A stretch of DNA of 64,000 bases from Candidatus Hydrogenedentota bacterium (lineage in GTDB: Bacteria > Hydrogenedentota > Hydrogenedentia > Hydrogenedentales > SLHB01), in assembly GCA_963668025.2 (NCBI GenBank), contig CAXXTH010000010.1, forward strand, positions 480,001 to 544,000. Direction: 5' to 3'. The notes below the pieces were generated by a model, which was given only the letters and a program-made list of their open reading frames with translations, was not told where the DNA came from and searched no databases. Below are positions 60,162 through 64,000 of the stretch, piece by piece. Within the stretch, counting starts at the first letter, position 1. Every line of letters starts with the position of its first letter. Both the position numbers and the translations under genes were made by a program.

Positions 60162-61852
60162 CCTAAAAACGCCAGTTGAATCTTGAGTGTCGAGCAGGAA
60201 GTAGTTCAAGATAAAGAACATGGAAACAGAATCGCAACAGCAAGATGCTCCCCCATTGGGAGAGGAGGAATGGTTGTCTTTGGAGGCGCCGATTTTCGTA
60301 GATAGCTACGGGGGCCGGGTGCATGTGGAATGGGACCGGGAGGCGGCAACGACGCCGTTTGGCCAGTTGGCGTTCTTTATCGATTTCCTCAAGACGGCGG
60401 AGCTTTTTGAAGCGTGGGTGGAGGACTGTCCGCTGGCGTACGCCAGCAATAATGCGCCGCGCAAGAGGGATGTGCTGGGCACGCTATTTTTATCAGTGCT
60501 GGCGGGCCACACCCGCTATGCGCACATTGACGCGGTCCGTTACGACGCGGTGAACCCGGGCTTGCTGGGTATGAGCAAGATCATGAGCGCCTCCTCGGCG
60601 CGGCGGGCATTTATACTGGCGGACGGGGAAGCCTGCGCGGGCTGGCTACAGAAGCACCTGCGCCGCTGTTATGAGCCGTTGCTTTATGAGCCTTGGATTT
60701 TGGACGTGGATACAAGCGTGAAGCCCCTGTTCGGCCATCAAGAAGGGGCCGTGCTGGGCTACAATCCGGCGAAACAGGGCCGTCCTTCTCATGTGCTGCA
60801 TACCTATTTTATGGCGAACACGCGCTTGGTGCTGGACGTGGAAGTCCGGCCGGGCAACGAGACGGCGGCGAAATACACCATGCCTGGATTGTGGCATTTT
60901 CTCGATGGCTTGCCGCGCGCGGCCTGGCCGGGCATGATTCGCGGCGACTGCGCCTTCGGCAACGAACGCGACATGAGCGAAGCCGAAGCGCGCGGAGTGC
61001 CCTATCTGTTCAAATTGCGGCAGACCAGCAACGTGAAACGGCTTATCCAGCAGGCCTTTTGTTCTAAGGACTGGACGCCAGCAGGCCAAGGCTGGGAAGG
61101 TTTGGAAGACCGTCTGGAGCTTATGGGATGGACGAGCAAACGCCGGATAATCGTTCTGCGGCGCAAGCTCAAAGGGAGTATCGTTCTGGAAACGGAGCCG
61201 CTATTGCCTGACCCCTCCCCCCAACTACAGCTCATTGAGATCCAAGCGGGAGCCGTGCAGCAGTATGAATACGCGCTGCTGGCCACTTCGCTGACAGACC
61301 CCCTATCGGCCTTGGCCCAGCATTATCGCGACCGGGGCGATGCGGAAAACATCTACGATGAACAGAAAAACCAGTGGGGGTGGGGCGGGTATACCACCCA
61401 CGATATGAAGCGCTGCCAAATCATGGCGCGAATCATAGCCCTGATTTACAATTGGTGGTCTTTGTACGTGCGCTTGGCCATTCCGGAGCGCCACGCCGAA
61501 GCGATCACAAGCCGCCCTCTGCTGCTGTATGGTGTGGGACAGCAGACCCGCCACGGAGGCCAAACCACGCTCACCATCACCCCCGTGCATGCGCAAGGAC
61601 ATGCTATGGAACAAGTTCTGAAATCCGTAAACGCCTTTTTATTGGAGGTGAAAGCAACTGCGCGGCAGTTGAACTGGAACGAACGATGGCGGACGATCCT
61701 CAGCCGGATCTTCGCCAAAATACTCGAGGGAAGGCCGCTGGCCACCCCCAACCTGCTGTCGGCGCCAACGTAAAGAGCGGGCCAGGACAGTTATTTCTTT
61801 ACAAAATTGGGCCGGAAAAATCCCAAAGCAAGCTCTTACTGCCTTTTTTAGG
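60162..61852 (+). mobile_element. IS1380-like element (1691 bp)
   Basis: TIRs CCTAAAAACGCCAGT / CCTAAAAAAGGCAGT (13/15); 5-bp TSD TTCAT; removing it restores GLFIGSGVIE. Confidence 0.88.
60220..61773 (+). CDS. IS1380-like DDE transposase
   Basis: ILDVDTS, GYNP, IRGDCAF, YRDRGDAENIYDEQK. Confidence 0.88.
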   Translation: METESQQQDAPPLGEEEWLSLEAPIFVDSYGGRVHVEWDREAATTPFGQLAFFIDFLKTAELFEAWVEDCPLAYASNNAPRKRDVLGTLFLSVLAGHTRYAHIDAVRYDAVNPGLLGMSKIMSASSARRAFILADGEACAGWLQKHLRRCYEPLLYEPWILDVDTSVKPLFGHQEGAVLGYNPAKQGRPSHVLHTYFMANTRLVLDVEVRPGNETAAKYTMPGLWHFLDGLPRAAWPGMIRGDCAFGNERDMSEAEARGVPYLFKLRQTSNVKRLIQQAFCSKDWTPAGQGWEGLEDRLELMGWTSKRRIIVLRRKLKGSIVLETEPLLPDPSPQLQLIEIQAGAVQQYEYALLATSLTDPLSALAQHYRDRGDAENIYDEQKNQWGWGGYTTHDMKRCQIMARIIALIYNWWSLYVRLAIPERHAEAITSRPLLLYGVGQQTRHGGQTTLTITPVHAQGHAMEQVLKSVNAFLLEVKATARQLNWNERWRTILSRIFAKILEGRPLATPNLLSAPT

Positions 61853-62051
61853 TTCATCGGTTCCGGCGTCATCGAGGCCGGATGCAAACACCTCGTCGGA
61901 AAACGCCTCAAACAATCCGGCATGCAGTGGACCGTCAGGGGAGCCAACAACATCATCGCCCTGCGATGCGCCACTCTCTCCAATCTCTTCAACGAATACT
62001 GGGATAATCGCGCCTCCGCTTGATTCCTACTTTTTGGACGCAGGCCCTTTA

Positions 62052-62089
62052 TTTCCACCTTGTTTCCACCTTGTTTCCACCTTGTTTCC
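62052..62089 (+). repeat. 11-bp tandem repeat (TTTCCACCTTG x ~3.5) between two IS ends
   Basis: Three exact copies plus TTTCC. Confidence 0.85.
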
Positions 62090-62114
62090 GGGCCTGCGTC
62101 AAAAAAGTGGGTTT

Positions 62115-63460
62115 TCATCCGGTTCTTTGTTCCCAATACTCCTCGAAGCGATTGGATTGAATAAGGCATCGCAACGCCGTAATGGCATTTGCGCCACGGA
62201 CGGTCCATTCCATACCGGAGTGCTTCATACGCTGGCCAACGACCGTCCTGCACGCCGCTTCAATGACTCCCGAGCCAACGAATAGTCCCTTGGCAAAAAA
62301 ATCGTTGTAGCGCATGCGTTCTTTGTTCGTCTCAAAATAGCCGATGGCGGTAACGGCTTCTTTGGCATCCGGCCCATTGTTTGGCAACAGCACGGCGGCT
62401 TCTTCCACGATGGTTTCGATCTTTCCCTCATCCAGATCGTCCCACCATTTGCCCTTGTACAAGGCCAAACGTTTTTCGTCGCGTCCAAACAACAATTTGC
62501 ACAGGTTCCCGAGATGCTCGCGCGCGTGATACAAGTCGACTACGTGGATGGCGGCGTGAAAATGGGTTTGTACGATGTTTCGTATCCATTCGGCCCCATC
62601 GGTGAGGCATACGACGCGTTTGGCCCTGAACAATCCGCGGCGGACGGCCTCGGCGTAGATGCGCCATTGAAACTGTTCGGACGTCTCGATGGCGCCCACG
62701 AAACTGGCGGAGCCCCTATCCCGGATGGGGCGGCCTTTTTCGTTGAAGGCGGTTTGAGAAAAAACGCATCCGATTTTCACCTCGCGGGTTTTGGGCTTGC
62801 CGTTTTGATATTTTCCCTTGCGGCCTTCGAGCGCCTCGGGCACCATGGGAACGCCGCTGCCGTCGAACTCGATGTAAAGGGTCTCGATAGTTTTGGCGGC
62901 ATCGGGAGGCGGCGGTTCCTGGAATCGGATACGGTCCCGTTCTTGCGCGAACCAGTGGGCGGCTTGCTGGCCGGTCTGTTCCGCGATACGCTCACAGTCC
63001 TTGCGGCTGATCACGAGTCCGGCGGCTGCTTTCAGTTGTTGCGACACCCTTTTGAATGGGGCGTCGCTGGCGAAATCCGCCACGAGACGCCGCACGCCCG
63101 GCGAATAGCGCGTGTTGGCGACATCGAGCTCCTCGTCGCCGGGATACCGCCATTTGCCGCACCGGGGGCACCGGTAGGCGGTGCGCGTAAAGCGGATCTT
63201 GCCCAAAAGAGTGACGATGGTTTTTGTCTTCAGGCCACGGCTTTTCATTACCGCCATGCATGAGCAACGCGCTTTTTCCCCGCGCCGGCCCACGCCCACC
63301 TTTCTTAAAAAGGCATCGAGCGCCTTGGCCCCTCCCATGAGGGCCGCGCCGCGCAGGGCTTGTTCCAATGCTTCGAGATCCGTTCCCGCCGCGCGTTTTG
63401 CCGCGTTGAAAATCCGCGTTACTTCGGCGTCTTTTTCGATGGCGGCTTGCGTTTTTTTTT
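62115..63460 (-). CDS. ISKra4-like transposase 2, probably expressed by -1 frameshift from orfA
   Basis: LYIEFDGSG, REVKIG, LTDGAEWI, DLYHA, GSGVIEAAC, GMEWTVRGAN. Confidence 0.9.
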
Positions 63461-63799
63461 GAGGGCGTCTTGTTCGGCGCTCTGCATCCGTTCCAGTTCG
63501 CCCAGTTCTTGGGCCACCGACTCGAATTGTCTGCATACATCCCGGAAACGTTTATAGTTTTCCTCATCCTGACGCGCGCGGTTCAATTCTTGCTCGCCGC
63601 AAATGCGTTCGCTCACGGTCTTATTGTTTTTCTTGCTTGTCCATAAGTAATAGGGTCCGCGTAACTCTCGCGTTTTTTTCCCGTCCTTGATAGAGGGAAA
63701 CCATTGTTCATTGAGGGATCCTTTTCTCAAGGTTCGTATTTCGCCCAATTGTTCGAGCAAGTCCAAGCGTTTTTCTTCCAGCGTGCGTTTATTGGCCAT
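63419..63799 (-). CDS. ISKra4-associated orfA (DUF6788-like)
   Basis: LRKGSL...RGPYYLWTSK; RBS GAGGAG; homologous to 58640-59020. Confidence 0.8.
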   Translation of the reverse strand: MANKRTLEEKRLDLLEQLGEIRTLRKGSLNEQWFPSIKDGKKTRELRGPYYLWTSKKNNKTVSERICGEQELNRARQDEENYKRFRDVCRQFESVAQELGELERMQSAEQDALKKKRKPPSKKTPK

Positions 63800-63950
63800 G
63801 ATTGGTTCTCCTCTCTATTTATTGTAGTAATCTTACTACATACATCGGGCCAAAAAAAGGGGGGGGAACGAAAACCCACTTTTTTGACGCAGGCCCCCCA
63901 CAAGGGGCGAAATATGCACACAGCCGCCCTACACGCTATAATGCCTCCCC

Positions 63951-64000
63951 ATGGCGTCCATAAAAAACTGGAAAAAACTGGGGGATCTCGGCTCGAACGA
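63951..64000 (+). CDS. Possible CDS start running off the window
   Basis: MASIKNWKKLGDLGSN..., preceded by TATAAT near 63937. Confidence 0.3.
   Translation, partial: MASIKNWKKLGDLGSN

Larger units (their letters stand above)
59026..62023 (+). pseudogene. ISKra4-like transposase 1, split at 60161/61853
   Basis: LYIEMDGTG, REVKLG, LADGAEWI, DFYHA; the C-terminus GSGVIEAGCK...WTVRGAN resumes at 61858 and stops at 62023. Confidence 0.88.
58549..62047 (+). mobile_element. ISKra4-like element 1, interrupted by an IS1380-like element
   Basis: Imperfect TIRs GGGCATGCGTCAGAAAAAG / reverse complement GGGCCTGCGTCCAAAAAG; orfA plus transposase. Confidence 0.82.
62090..63896 (-). mobile_element. ISKra4-like element 2 (1807 bp), apparently intact
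   Basis: Perfect 27-bp TIRs GGGCCTGCGTCAAAAAAGTGGGTTTTC; no clear TSD. Confidence 0.9.

Noticed and set aside
62052-62089. CRISPR-like array
   Set aside because: Directly abutting 11-mers without spacers; no cas genes or repeat-spacer arrays were seen anywhere in the window.

Overview
GC-rich bacterial chromosomal window, probably from an uncultured lineage (gene content is compatible with Candidatus Hydrogenedentes; this is inference only). In order it holds: a partial cinA; a giant ankyrin-only protein of roughly 40 repeats split by a 1-nt homopolymer indel; a complete class C group II intron inserted directly behind an intrinsic terminator; a Ser/Thr kinase; a surface-glycan cluster (rfbA, GT4, priming transferase, TPR protein, frameshifted phosphohexomutase, YfhO-like and GT-C-like membrane proteins, GlmU-like transferase); two HDOD-histidine kinase-receiver paralogues, one of which looks like a pseudokinase; accessory genes (RluA, SET, FGE domain, MenA); a glycosidase/isomerase/URO-D-like sugar cluster; a pspF locus; and a 10.7-kb nest of six IS elements whose ends can be read exactly. 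At the pspF locus a perfect sigma-54 promoter drives a highly structured ~240-nt leader, a tiny ORF and pspC, with no pspA or pspB. The best novelty candidates are this PspF/sigma-54-controlled structured RNA and a dispersed family of three-box, 9-nt-periodic inverted-repeat arms. Also notable are the REP-targeted IS, the frameshift site and operator palindrome shared by two ISKra4-like elements, and the kinase/pseudokinase pair. No CRISPR array, tRNA or rRNA was seen. All calls come from reading the sequence; no database searches were run.
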